Positions 19,287 through 28,368 of a DNA stretch of 64,000 nucleotides are shown here, piece by piece. The notes under the pieces were generated by a model, which saw only the letters and a list, made by a program, of their open reading frames with translations, was not told the origin of the DNA and made no database searches. Source of the DNA: Gammaproteobacteria bacterium (GTDB lineage Bacteria > Pseudomonadota > Gammaproteobacteria > Steroidobacterales > JBCCMA01); assembly GCA_045107005.1 (NCBI GenBank), contig JBGCFP010000003.1, positions 4,164 to 68,163 of the forward strand, read 5' to 3'. The first letter of the stretch is position 1. The number at the start of each line of letters is the position of its first letter. Both the position numbers and the translations under genes were made by a program.

Positions 19287-21545
19287 ATGAATCGGCGTCA
19301 GTTTGTCGGCCGCACGGCGGCGGGCGCATTGTTGCTTGGCGTGCCTTTGAGCGCGCCGCGGGCGGATGATCATGAAGAAGTCGAGAAGACCCTTGAAAAT
19401 ATGCAGGGTGGGGATGCAACGCCATCGTTGTTTATCGCGCTGCACCCCGACGGGCAGGTCGATCTGACTTGTCATCGTTCTGAGATGGGGCAGCAAAGCT
19501 GGACGTCGATGGCGCAGCTGATTGCCGAGGAACTCGAAGCGGATTTCAGTCGCGTCAACATCGTGCAAGCCATTGGTCATCCGCGCTATGGCGATCAAAA
19601 CACTGACGGTTCACGCTCCGTGCGCTACAACTTTACGCGTTTGCGCACCGCGGGTGCGGCGATGCGACTGATGCTTGAACGAGCCGCGGCGGAACATTTT
19701 GGTGTCGAGAGTGGCTGTACCGCGAACGACCACTACGTTGTGCACACGGCCAGCGGGCGGCGCGTGAGTTTCGGCGAGCTTGCAGAGCGTGCGTCCGGGC
19801 AAGCCATCCCGTCGCTATCTGAGGTCAAGCTTAAGACGCGCGACCAGTGGCGCTACATTGGCAAGCCCACGCCTTCCCTAACGGTGCCAAAGATCACGCG
19901 CGGTCAGGGCGAGTTTGGTATCGATGTTCAGTTGCCAGACATGGTGCACGCTGTCATCGCGCGTCCGCCGCAGGTGCTCGGTAAGCCGGGCAAAGTTGAC
20001 GATGCGAAAAGTCGCGACGTGCCGGGTTTTCTGCGCACGGTGCGTTTGCCTGACGCGAGTGAGCCGGTCGCGTTCAAACCGCTTGGCGGAATTGCCGTGG
20101 TCGCGAAAGACACCTATGCCGCGATTGCCGCGCGTCGCGTGTTGAGCGTGGAGTGGGACACCGGACCCAACGCGCAGTACGATTCGGCCGATTTTGAAAA
20201 AGCCATGACCGCGACGGCGCGCCAGCCCGGCGCGGTAAAACTCAATCGCGGTGATGCGAATAAGGCGCTGGAGTCGGCCACGCGATCCGTGACCGCCGAG
20301 TACTACGCGCCGCATTTGGCGCAAGCGCCCATGGAGCCGCCTGTCGCCACCGCGCGCTGGGAGGGCAACAAGGTCGAGTGTTGGGCGTGCACGCAAACAC
20401 CGCAGGCCTCGCGTCGCACTGTGGCACAAGTGTGCGGCGTACCCGAAGACAACGTGACCATCAATGTGACCTGGCTGGGTGGCGGGTTCGGGCGCAAATC
20501 CAAACCTGACTACGTGGTGGAGGCGGCGCTGATCGCTCGTGAGATCGGGCAACCGGTCAAAGTCACGTGGACGCGAGAGGACGATTTGCAGCACGGCTAC
20601 TTTCATTCGGTCAGCGCGCAGCGCTTCGACGCGGCACTGGATGATGACGGTCGCTGCACGGCGCTGCGTCATCGCACCGTGTTTCCGCCGATTCCGTCAA
20701 CCTTCGCGGCGGGTGCCGACGATCCGTCGTGGGGTGAACTCGGGCTCGGCGCGACGGACAATCCCTTTGCGGTACCAAACTTGCGTCTTGAGAGCGGACG
20801 CGCCAAAGCGCACGTGCGCATTGGTTGGCTGCGTGCGGTGGCGAATGTCTACCACGCGTTTGGTGTGCAGAGTTTCGCGTCCGAGCTGGCAGCAGAGGCC
20901 GGTCGCGATCCGCGCGACTATCTGCTCGAACTGATCGGTCCGGATCGCTTGATTGATCCCAATAACGAAGGTGCCGAGTACAGCAACTACGGCAGTCCGA
21001 TGGCGGACTATCCGATCGACACGGCTCGACTCAAGCATGTCGCGCGCAAGGCGTCGGACATGGCGAACTGGGGGCGCGAGCTGCCTGAGGGTCACGGGCT
21101 GGGTATTGCCGTGCATCGCTCGTTTGTCTCTTACGTCGCGACTGTCGTGGAAGTAGCTGTTACGAAAGACGGTGCGCTCACCATCCCCGGCGTGTGGTCG
21201 GCGATTGATGCCGGTACCGTGGTTAACACTCGGCACACTGAATCGCAGGTGGAGGGTGGCACGCTGTACGGTTTGTCCAACGCGCTCTACGGTGAGATGA
21301 CAGCGAAAGACGGCGCGATCGTCCAGGCAAATTTCCCCGCGTGGCGCATCATGCGCATGAACGAAGCGCCACGGCGAATGCAAGTGCACATCGTTGAATC
21401 CGATGCGCCACCGGGAGGCGTGGGCGAGCCGCCGACGCCGCCCGCTGCACCGGCACTGGCCAACGCGATATTTGCCGCGACTGGTGTTCGCTATCGTCGT
21501 TTACCAATCATGGGTGCCAGCGCGACCACGCTGCCGCGCGCTTAA
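19287..21545 (+). CDS. Molybdopterin-binding subunit of a xanthine dehydrogenase family oxidoreductase (IorB / aldehyde oxidoreductase-like), TAT-exported
   Basis: Twin-arginine signal MNRRQFVGRTAAGALLLGVP. ~750-aa Mo-cofactor-binding architecture. Followed by a 2Fe-2S subunit gene. Confidence 0.85.
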   Translation: MNRRQFVGRTAAGALLLGVPLSAPRADDHEEVEKTLENMQGGDATPSLFIALHPDGQVDLTCHRSEMGQQSWTSMAQLIAEELEADFSRVNIVQAIGHPRYGDQNTDGSRSVRYNFTRLRTAGAAMRLMLERAAAEHFGVESGCTANDHYVVHTASGRRVSFGELAERASGQAIPSLSEVKLKTRDQWRYIGKPTPSLTVPKITRGQGEFGIDVQLPDMVHAVIARPPQVLGKPGKVDDAKSRDVPGFLRTVRLPDASEPVAFKPLGGIAVVAKDTYAAIAARRVLSVEWDTGPNAQYDSADFEKAMTATARQPGAVKLNRGDANKALESATRSVTAEYYAPHLAQAPMEPPVATARWEGNKVECWACTQTPQASRRTVAQVCGVPEDNVTINVTWLGGGFGRKSKPDYVVEAALIAREIGQPVKVTWTREDDLQHGYFHSVSAQRFDAALDDDGRCTALRHRTVFPPIPSTFAAGADDPSWGELGLGATDNPFAVPNLRLESGRAKAHVRIGWLRAVANVYHAFGVQSFASELAAEAGRDPRDYLLELIGPDRLIDPNNEGAEYSNYGSPMADYPIDTARLKHVARKASDMANWGRELPEGHGLGIAVHRSFVSYVATVVEVAVTKDGALTIPGVWSAIDAGTVVNTRHTESQVEGGTLYGLSNALYGEMTAKDGAIVQANFPAWRIMRMNEAPRRMQVHIVESDAPPGGVGEPPTPPAAPALANAIFAATGVRYRRLPIMGASATTLPRA

Positions 21546-21560
21546 GGGAGCATCACGAAC

Positions 21561-22016
21561 ATGGCCATCAAACTCAACATCAACGGTGTCGACAAGGACA
21601 TCGACGCTGCGCCGCAAACGCCTCTTCTTTGGGTGCTGCGCGATCATCTTGGCATGACCGGAACCAAGTTTGGCTGCGGCGTCGCGCAGTGCGGCGCGTG
21701 CACCGTGCACGTCGACGGCGCGCCGACGCGCTCCTGCGTGCTGCCGCACGATTCCCTGGCCGGACGCAAAATCACGACCATTGAAGGGCTCGATGGTGCG
21801 GAGGCTGATGCCGTGCGCAACGCCTGGGAGAGCATTGACGTACCGCAGTGTGGTTACTGCCAGTCGGGTCAGATTATGTCTGCCACGGCGCTGTTAAAAA
21901 ACACGCCCAAGCCAACGGACGACGACATTGATCGCGACATGAGCGGCAATTTGTGCCGCTGCGCAACCTATATGCGCATCCGGCGTGCGATCAAGGATGC
22001 GGCGGAAGAGTTGTAG
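21561..22016 (+). CDS. (2Fe-2S)-binding small subunit of the molybdoenzyme (IorA-like)
   Basis: Two cluster motifs: [11 protein letters not shown] and CGYCQSGQ...NLCRCATY. Confidence 0.9.
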   Translation: MAIKLNINGVDKDIDAAPQTPLLWVLRDHLGMTGTKFGCGVAQCGACTVHVDGAPTRSCVLPHDSLAGRKITTIEGLDGAEADAVRNAWESIDVPQCGYCQSGQIMSATALLKNTPKPTDDDIDRDMSGNLCRCATYMRIRRAIKDAAEEL

Positions 22017-22044
22017 CGATAGCTGTTCAGCGTTGGCGCGTTGT

Positions 22045-23208
22045 TCAAAGTCTTGACTCGTCACTGAACCAACGTGATGTTAGCGTCAGCATGATGGCGG
22101 CGGCGACCAGTGTGCTGATCGATACGCTCGCGATGGTGATCAGGCTGGCCGTTCCCTCCAGGAAAATATCCCGCAGCAGCAGCGTTTGGCCCGTCAACGG
22201 CATGGACGTCGTCAGCCCGCCGAATTCCACGTTGCCAATCATCAGTGAGCCTGCGACGGCTACCGGAAGAAACATCGTCAGCTGTCCGTAGATGCCGGCT
22301 TCGCGGTAGGTCTTGGCGCGCGATGCCATCATCATCTGCAACGCCACGGCGAACAGCGCGAGCGGTGCCAGGGTGATCGCTCCGAGCGCGATGCTTTGCG
22401 GATCCAGATGCAAGCGCAACCCCAGGTCAGCCAGCGCCACGCGGTTGAGCAAGATACCGCCGACCACGATGGTCACGGTGGACACCACTACGCTCACCGC
22501 GCTGCATGCGACCCATTTGCCCAGCGTCAACGCCATCGGCGACAGCGGCTGCGCGAGCAAAGGCTCCAGCGAATGGCGTTCGCGTTCGCCCGCCACTGAA
22601 TCGGCCGTCATGAAAGCACCGCTGACAAATCCCGCGATGAGAAATACGTAGATCAACGCGTTGGTGATGTTCGCCGACTTGCCACCAGCCGTTGACAGAT
22701 CAAACGTCTGCGCAGTCAGCGTTTGAATTCGAACTGGCGACACGCCCTCGGCGATCAGTCGAGAACGCGTGACGTTCTGCCCAAAGCCTTCGATCTGCCT
22801 TTGTAACGATTGAGCCTGAGCTTGCGCAATCGGGTCCTTGAAGTTGCCGTAGATGCTCAAGTTCACGCGATCACGACGCAAGTAGCGAGCGGCGTAGTCG
22901 GTCGGGATGCTCAACATGACGGATGCATCTGTGCCGAGCATGGCGCGCGCGGCCTGGGCGTCGATGGCATTGACCAGATCCATGCCGTTTTGCTCCAGAT
23001 GCGTAACCAGTGTCGGCGCGTTGGCGGCACCGACGACGGCGACTTTCAGATCGTCTTCGCTGGCCGCTTCAACGGCCAGGTTGTTTAGCATCAGATACAG
23101 AAAAGCGGGCCCGAACACGGCAAACGCCAGTGAGACTCCGATGCTGCGTCGGTCGCGAAACGCGTCCAGCCATTCTTTGTGCAGCACGTTTAAAAATGCG
23201 TGGATCAT
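22045..23208 (-). CDS. ABC-2 type transporter permease (NatB-like)
   Basis: N-terminal TM segment, large periplasmic loop, then about 5 C-terminal TM segments. Immediately downstream of the ABC ATPase. Confidence 0.75.
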   Translation of the reverse strand: MIHAFLNVLHKEWLDAFRDRRSIGVSLAFAVFGPAFLYLMLNNLAVEAASEDDLKVAVVGAANAPTLVTHLEQNGMDLVNAIDAQAARAMLGTDASVMLSIPTDYAARYLRRDRVNLSIYGNFKDPIAQAQAQSLQRQIEGFGQNVTRSRLIAEGVSPVRIQTLTAQTFDLSTAGGKSANITNALIYVFLIAGFVSGAFMTADSVAGERERHSLEPLLAQPLSPMALTLGKWVACSAVSVVVSTVTIVVGGILLNRVALADLGLRLHLDPQSIALGAITLAPLALFAVALQMMMASRAKTYREAGIYGQLTMFLPVAVAGSLMIGNVEFGGLTTSMPLTGQTLLLRDIFLEGTASLITIASVSISTLVAAAIMLTLTSRWFSDESRL

Positions 23209-23223
23209 GGATGAATACTCCGG

Positions 23224-23949
23224 TCAGGCTGCGTGCGATTGCGTCAGCGAAATAAAGGCCTCTTCGAGGTTGGGCGCTTGCGTGGCTTGAATGAGCTCTG
23301 CGGGCGAGGCGCTTTGGACGACCTTGCCGGCGCTGATCACAACCACTTGATCCGATAACTCCTCGACGTCCGCCATCGCGTGGCTGGACAGCAGCACGGT
23401 ACGGCCCTCAGCCGCCATCGCCCGCAGCACCTTGCGCAGCAGTCGTACGCTGATGACGTCGAGGCCGCGCGTGGGTTCGTCAAGGATCACGTTGGCCGGT
23501 CGATGGATCAGCGCCCGGGACAGAGCAACTTTCATCCGCTGACCTTGAGAGAAACCCTCGGTGCGCCGATCCAGCAGCTCCCCCATTTGCAGCAGGTCGG
23601 CCACCCACGTCGTCGCCTCGCGCAGTTTGCCGCCACGTAGCCCGTGAAAGCGTGCGAAGTAGTGCATGTGCTCGCGCGCAGTCAGGCGCGGGTAGAGGCC
23701 GAAGGGATCGGGGAACACGCCGAGCTTTTGTCGCGCGGTCATCACGTCGTCAGCCACACGCACGTTGTCGATAACGACGTTGCCCTGGTCCGGTTGGAGC
23801 AGGCCGCAAAGCATGCGCAAGGTCGTGGTTTTGCCCGAGCCGTTGGCACCGAGCAGCGTCGTGATCGCGCCGTCGGCCGCTTCAAACGTAGCGCCGTTGA
23901 CCGCGTTTACGCTGCCGAATGTTTTGTGCAGTGTTTGTGCTTGAATCAT
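23224..23949 (-). CDS. ABC transporter ATP-binding protein
   Basis: Walker A GANGSGKTT, signature FSQGQRMKV, Walker B VILDEPTRGLD. Confidence 0.9.
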   Translation of the reverse strand: MIQAQTLHKTFGSVNAVNGATFEAADGAITTLLGANGSGKTTTLRMLCGLLQPDQGNVVIDNVRVADDVMTARQKLGVFPDPFGLYPRLTAREHMHYFARFHGLRGGKLREATTWVADLLQMGELLDRRTEGFSQGQRMKVALSRALIHRPANVILDEPTRGLDVISVRLLRKVLRAMAAEGRTVLLSSHAMADVEELSDQVVVISAGKVVQSASPAELIQATQAPNLEEAFISLTQSHAA

Positions 23950-23958
23950 GTCGTTCTC

Positions 23959-25443
23959 TTATGGGTTGGGGCCGGCCAGGGTGAGCAGATACGGAGCTTG
24001 GCCCACGCGATTGAGGCAACTGTCGTCCAGCGCTTGCGGGTCGGTGGTCTCCAGAAACTCACTGATTAGTGTCGGTGCGCAGCTGTAGCCGCTGGTGATG
24101 TGTCCGTTGTGCTCGGCAATCAGGTGCTTCGATCGACTCAGGCCGCGCGCGGCGATCTCGCCGTAGTCAGGCGGCGTGACGGGATCGAGCGCGCCCGACA
24201 GCAACAGCGCAGGGACATCGGATACGACGTCGGCGGCGTAGTTGTCGTCAATGCTCGCCGACGGCCAGACCCGGCAAGCGTCGCGCCAAAACGACAGGTC
24301 GGTTAGATTAAAGGCCGTGGGCGACGCCAGTTCGTTCTGGCCCAGAGAGCGCGGAATCTCTTCGGCGCACATCACCGACAGCATGGTGCCCAGTGAGATC
24401 CCTTCGCTAATGCTGCCGCCGACGTCGCCGAGCGCCTTCCAGGGCCGATCGTTCCCGCGTGCGAACTCGCTGATCACGTAGGGAATCCATGCGGTCGAGT
24501 CGCGACCGTAAAGCCCGTTGCGCAGCGCGTTCATGAAGATGGATGCGTCAACGGTAAACGTTTCACCATTGATCGTCACGGCGCGGGGGTTGGCGCCAAG
24601 ATCCTCGACAATCGCATCGAGGTCGTCGCGCAGCGTGTCGAAGCGTGCCCGGCAGATCGGGTCGCTCTCACAGGCCGTGAGCAATCGATTCAGTGATTCG
24701 CCCGCTGAGAGTTTGGCGCGTGCCACGAACGCGGTGTTGGGTGCCGCGACGGCATCGAGAATCACGCTGCGCACCGTATGCTCGTATTTGCGCAGATACA
24801 GCAGGGCAGCGCGGGTGCCGTAAGAACCGCCCCAAAGGTTGATTTTTTCGTGACCAAGAGCGTTACGTACGGCGTGCAAATCGTCGATGAACGCGTCGGA
24901 ATGAAACCAGCGCGGATCGTTGTCGGTTTGTGCCAGGCAGGCCTTTGCTACCGCGTCACCGGCCGCGTTGGGGTCGCTTGGCATCATGCAGTTGAACGGC
25001 GCAGAGCGTCCGGTGCCGCGCTGATCAACGAGTATGACTTCGCGGCCGCGTCGCGCTTTACTGAGCACGGTTTCCACCAGTCGCCCCTGATCGCTGGCGG
25101 CTTGCCCAGGCCCCCCCGCGAGCAGATAAAGCGGCGCCGCGCTCGCTTGTCCGCCGCTGGGCGGAATCACCGCGACAAACAGTTCGAATGTTTCACTATC
25201 CGTTTGCGACCAGTCGAAAGGCACGCTCAACGTTGTGCATTTCGCCTGCGCTTCGATGCCATCAATATGGCAAGGTGAAAAGTCGACGGCTGCGCTGGTG
25301 TCGCCGTGGGCGGCAGGCAGGCCGATACTGACGAGATAGATGATCAGCAGACAAAAGTAGACAGCGCTCATCAACAAACGAGAGGTTGGTAAACGCGAGG
25401 GCGTAGCGACAGTCATGATGGGCGTGCTCCGTGGTGAGTGCAT
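23959..25443 (-). CDS. Secreted alpha/beta hydrolase (S33 tripeptidyl-aminopeptidase-like)
   Basis: N-terminal hydrophobic signal or anchor. GGPGQA oxyanion-like segment. GGSYGT nucleophile elbow. C-terminal TAP-like region with a late His (HNGH). Confidence 0.75.
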   Translation of the reverse strand: MHSPRSTPIMTVATPSRLPTSRLLMSAVYFCLLIIYLVSIGLPAAHGDTSAAVDFSPCHIDGIEAQAKCTTLSVPFDWSQTDSETFELFVAVIPPSGGQASAAPLYLLAGGPGQAASDQGRLVETVLSKARRGREVILVDQRGTGRSAPFNCMMPSDPNAAGDAVAKACLAQTDNDPRWFHSDAFIDDLHAVRNALGHEKINLWGGSYGTRAALLYLRKYEHTVRSVILDAVAAPNTAFVARAKLSAGESLNRLLTACESDPICRARFDTLRDDLDAIVEDLGANPRAVTINGETFTVDASIFMNALRNGLYGRDSTAWIPYVISEFARGNDRPWKALGDVGGSISEGISLGTMLSVMCAEEIPRSLGQNELASPTAFNLTDLSFWRDACRVWPSASIDDNYAADVVSDVPALLLSGALDPVTPPDYGEIAARGLSRSKHLIAEHNGHITSGYSCAPTLISEFLETTDPQALDDSCLNRVGQAPYLLTLAGPNP

Positions 25444-25490
25444 GGTTCAGTAGTCGCATGCCCGGAGCGTTCGTTACACGTTGCGCAAAA

Positions 25491-26081
25491 TTATTTTTCG
25501 TTTCCCTCGAATTCATTGATGCGCGCGTCGATCAGAATCAGGTCGCGCTTGCAACGGTTCGTCATCCGCCCGCCGTAGATAATGGTCAGCAGCGCGAGCA
25601 GGCTGACACTGATCAGTAGAGTCACTCTTACCGGTTCCGAAAATCCTGCAGAAAAACCGTCGTCGACAGCCAGAAATGCAAACGCCAGGCCGAGCAAGAG
25701 GCAGATGGGCGTGCCCCAGAAGTAGTAGCGTGCGAGTTTCAGATTCATGAGCGTCCGTTTGCGCTGCAGCTTCAGAAGATCAATTGGCGCGTCGGACAGC
25801 GCATGCCACAAGCCCGCCCGCCAGCGCCAGGTCCACGCTTGTACACCGACAGCCACAACGCTAAGGCCAACGGGAAACCAGTACCGATCGCCAAAAACGC
25901 CCCACACTGTGTAAATCGCCATCATGATCAGAGCCCCGATTGTGCCAACCAACTCTACGGCGAGCAGTTGCCACATGCGTGCACGGCTTTTGCGCACACT
26001 GTTGATCAGATCGTCAACATCGGGGGCTGCCGTATCCTGCCACAGCGACTTGAGATCGAGGTCGTCGTTACTTGCGTTCAT
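25491..26081 (-). CDS. Polytopic membrane protein, putative anti-sigma partner of the upstream ECF sigma
   Basis: 4-nt overlap with the sigma gene. About 4 hydrophobic segments. No HxxxCxxC zinc anti-sigma motif, so the function is inferred from position only. Confidence 0.5.
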   Translation of the reverse strand: MNASNDDLDLKSLWQDTAAPDVDDLINSVRKSRARMWQLLAVELVGTIGALIMMAIYTVWGVFGDRYWFPVGLSVVAVGVQAWTWRWRAGLWHALSDAPIDLLKLQRKRTLMNLKLARYYFWGTPICLLLGLAFAFLAVDDGFSAGFSEPVRVTLLISVSLLALLTIIYGGRMTNRCKRDLILIDARINEFEGNEK

Positions 26082-26590
26082 GTCACGTTACCAAGCTGTT
26101 TTTTCAGATGGGTTTTGCCGCGGGTCAGGCGCACGCCTACGTTGTTTGCGGTCAGGCTCAACGCCTCGGCGATTTCGCCGTTGCTAAAGCCTTCAAGGTG
26201 CAAGGTCATAACGGGGCGAAGGCTCAAGGGCAGATCGCGGACGGCGTTGAGCAGCAGCGCCCGCCGATCGCGTTGATCGGCGTGTTCGTCGGGCGTGGGT
26301 TGCTCGTCAGCGAGCGTGTCGGACAGCGCGTCCGACAACGGCGTCCACCGAGCGCGCGCGGCTTTGCGCACGTGACTGACGCTCACGTTGTGGGCAATGC
26401 GGGCAATGAAAGTCTTCTCACTGCTGTCGCCGCGAAATGAAGGCAGAGCACGCCACAGGGCCAGCGCGGTTTCTTGAACGAGCTCAGCGACCAGCGCCGG
26501 GCGTCGTTCGTAGGAATACGCGATGCGTTCGATCATGGCGCCGTGGTCGTCGAGCCACGCGCGCAGCGTGCTGTCACGATTCACTGCCAT
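26078..26590 (-). CDS. ECF-type RNA polymerase sigma-70 factor
   Basis: Region 2 (LVQETALALWRALPSF) and region 4 HTH (FSNGEIAEALSLTANNVGVRLTRGKTHLKK). 170 aa. Confidence 0.9.
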   Translation of the reverse strand: MAVNRDSTLRAWLDDHGAMIERIAYSYERRPALVAELVQETALALWRALPSFRGDSSEKTFIARIAHNVSVSHVRKAARARWTPLSDALSDTLADEQPTPDEHADQRDRRALLLNAVRDLPLSLRPVMTLHLEGFSNGEIAEALSLTANNVGVRLTRGKTHLKKQLGNVT

Positions 26591-26636
26591 TACCTAACAG
26601 TCGCAGGCTCGGCCGAATCATTACAGCGGGCCGGAA

Positions 26637-28076
26637 CTACTTGATTTGCTTGTAGGCATCGAGTGCCCGCTGGCGTGTTTCCTTTAAATCAACGATCGCC
26701 CGTGGATAGGTTTGGCCCAGAATGACACCGGAGCCTTTCAGGATCTCGGCGGGTGCCGATGACGGATCGTGGATGTATTTTTTGGGTAGATCGGCAATCT
26801 CGGGCACCCACCGACGCAGATAGTGGCCCTCAGGGTCAAACTTCGCGGACTGCGTCACGGGGTTGAAAATTCGAAAGTAAGGTGCTGCGTCTGCGCCGGA
26901 GCCCGCAACCCACTGCCAGCCCGCTGCGTTGCTCGCCAGATCGGCGTCCACCAGCGTGTCCCAAAACCAGTCTTCGCCGTCACGCCAGTGCACCAGCACG
27001 TTCTTGATCAACAGCGATGCGACGATCATGCGTACCCGGTTGTGCATCCAGCCGGTGTGCCACAGCTGGCGCATGCCGGCGTCCACAATCGGGATCCCGG
27101 TTTGCCCGGTCTCCCACGCGCGCAGTGATTTGCCGTCGCGGCGCCACGGAAACGACCGGAATTTTTCCTTGAACGGGGCGTCCGGCAGCGTCGGCCAGTG
27201 ATGCAGCAGGTGATAAGAAAACTCGCGCCAGCCAATTTCACTTAAGAACACGTCAGCGCCAGCCTGATTCGCACTGCTGCGAGTGATCGCGTCGTGCACC
27301 GCGTGCCAGACCTGACGTGGCGACAGCTCGCCAAAATGCAGGTGGGGCGACAGCATCGAGGTGCCGTGGACCGCCGGCAGATCACGACCTTCCTTGTAGT
27401 TGGCGACTGGCCCGTCAACAAAAGCCTCCAGTCGTTCCCAGGCACCGGTTTCGCCCGGCGTCCACGTGTCGCGCAAACCGCTGGCCCAGTCGGGTCGTGT
27501 CGGCAGTAGCGCCCAGTCTTCCAGATTATCGGATGCTGGCTGCGAGTCGGCGAACGTTACCCTTTTGGGCGCCCCGATCGCCGCGTCCGGCGCCGGCTTC
27601 TTGCGGCAGGATTTCCAGAACGGCGTGAACACTTTGTACGGATCGTCGTTGAGCGTGCGCACCGTTTCGGGTTCGAACAGCAACGTGCCGCGAAAACGTT
27701 TGGGCGTAATGTCAGCGTCTTGCAGCGTGTCGTGCAGCGTTTTTTCACCGAGCGTTGCGTAAGGCTCGTAAACTCGTGACCAGTACACGGCCGCCGCGTC
27801 ACAGTCGATCGCCAGGTTGGCCACCGTTTCGTGCCACACGCCGTGGCGCAGGCGCAACGAGCCGCCAAGCTCGGCGAGGTCGTCGTTCAACCGGTTCAGC
27901 GAGTGATGCAGCCACCAGCGGCTGGCGCCGCCCATTTTCCAGTGCCCGGGCGTCTGATCATCCAGCACATACAGCGCGATCACCGGATGGCCGGACGTTG
28001 CCGCCGCGTGCCAGCCACGGTTGTCCGCCAACCGCAGATCGTTGCGAAAACAAAACAGAACGGGCTGATTGCTCAA
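26637..28076 (-). CDS. phrB: Deoxyribodipyrimidine (CPD) photolyase, class I
   Basis: FRNDLRLADN N-terminus. C-terminal FAD-binding block TGIPIVDAGMRQLWHTGWMHNRVRMIVASLL...NAAGWQWVAGSGADAAPYFRIFNP. I propose a TTG start at 28076 (GGAGA 7 nt upstream). The ORF-track extension to 28175 is probably not translated. Confidence 0.85.
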   Translation of the reverse strand: MSNQPVLFCFRNDLRLADNRGWHAAATSGHPVIALYVLDDQTPGHWKMGGASRWWLHHSLNRLNDDLAELGGSLRLRHGVWHETVANLAIDCDAAAVYWSRVYEPYATLGEKTLHDTLQDADITPKRFRGTLLFEPETVRTLNDDPYKVFTPFWKSCRKKPAPDAAIGAPKRVTFADSQPASDNLEDWALLPTRPDWASGLRDTWTPGETGAWERLEAFVDGPVANYKEGRDLPAVHGTSMLSPHLHFGELSPRQVWHAVHDAITRSSANQAGADVFLSEIGWREFSYHLLHHWPTLPDAPFKEKFRSFPWRRDGKSLRAWETGQTGIPIVDAGMRQLWHTGWMHNRVRMIVASLLIKNVLVHWRDGEDWFWDTLVDADLASNAAGWQWVAGSGADAAPYFRIFNPVTQSAKFDPEGHYLRRWVPEIADLPKKYIHDPSSAPAEILKGSGVILGQTYPRAIVDLKETRQRALDAYKQIK

Positions 28077-28368
28077 ACGGGCATCTCCATGCGTGCAAGA
28101 CAGGGCGCAAAGGCTACCACTAACCTCGCCGGTGCGGCAGGCCGCGTCCGTGCGCACAACCGTCGATACCATCACGCGCGCGTCTCAATGGCAGTCGGGC
28201 CCGCGTCAACGAGTCACAGCAGACTTTGGATTGGATCAAGCACGGCAGGATTGTGTTCGGTCGGTCCGTGGGGTCATACTGACAAAACAGGCACAGCCAA
28301 CAAGAACAAAACAGTCGCCGCAAGGCGTCTGCGCGCCAAAAATCGCAATAAGAAGCCAGGAGCCGGCC

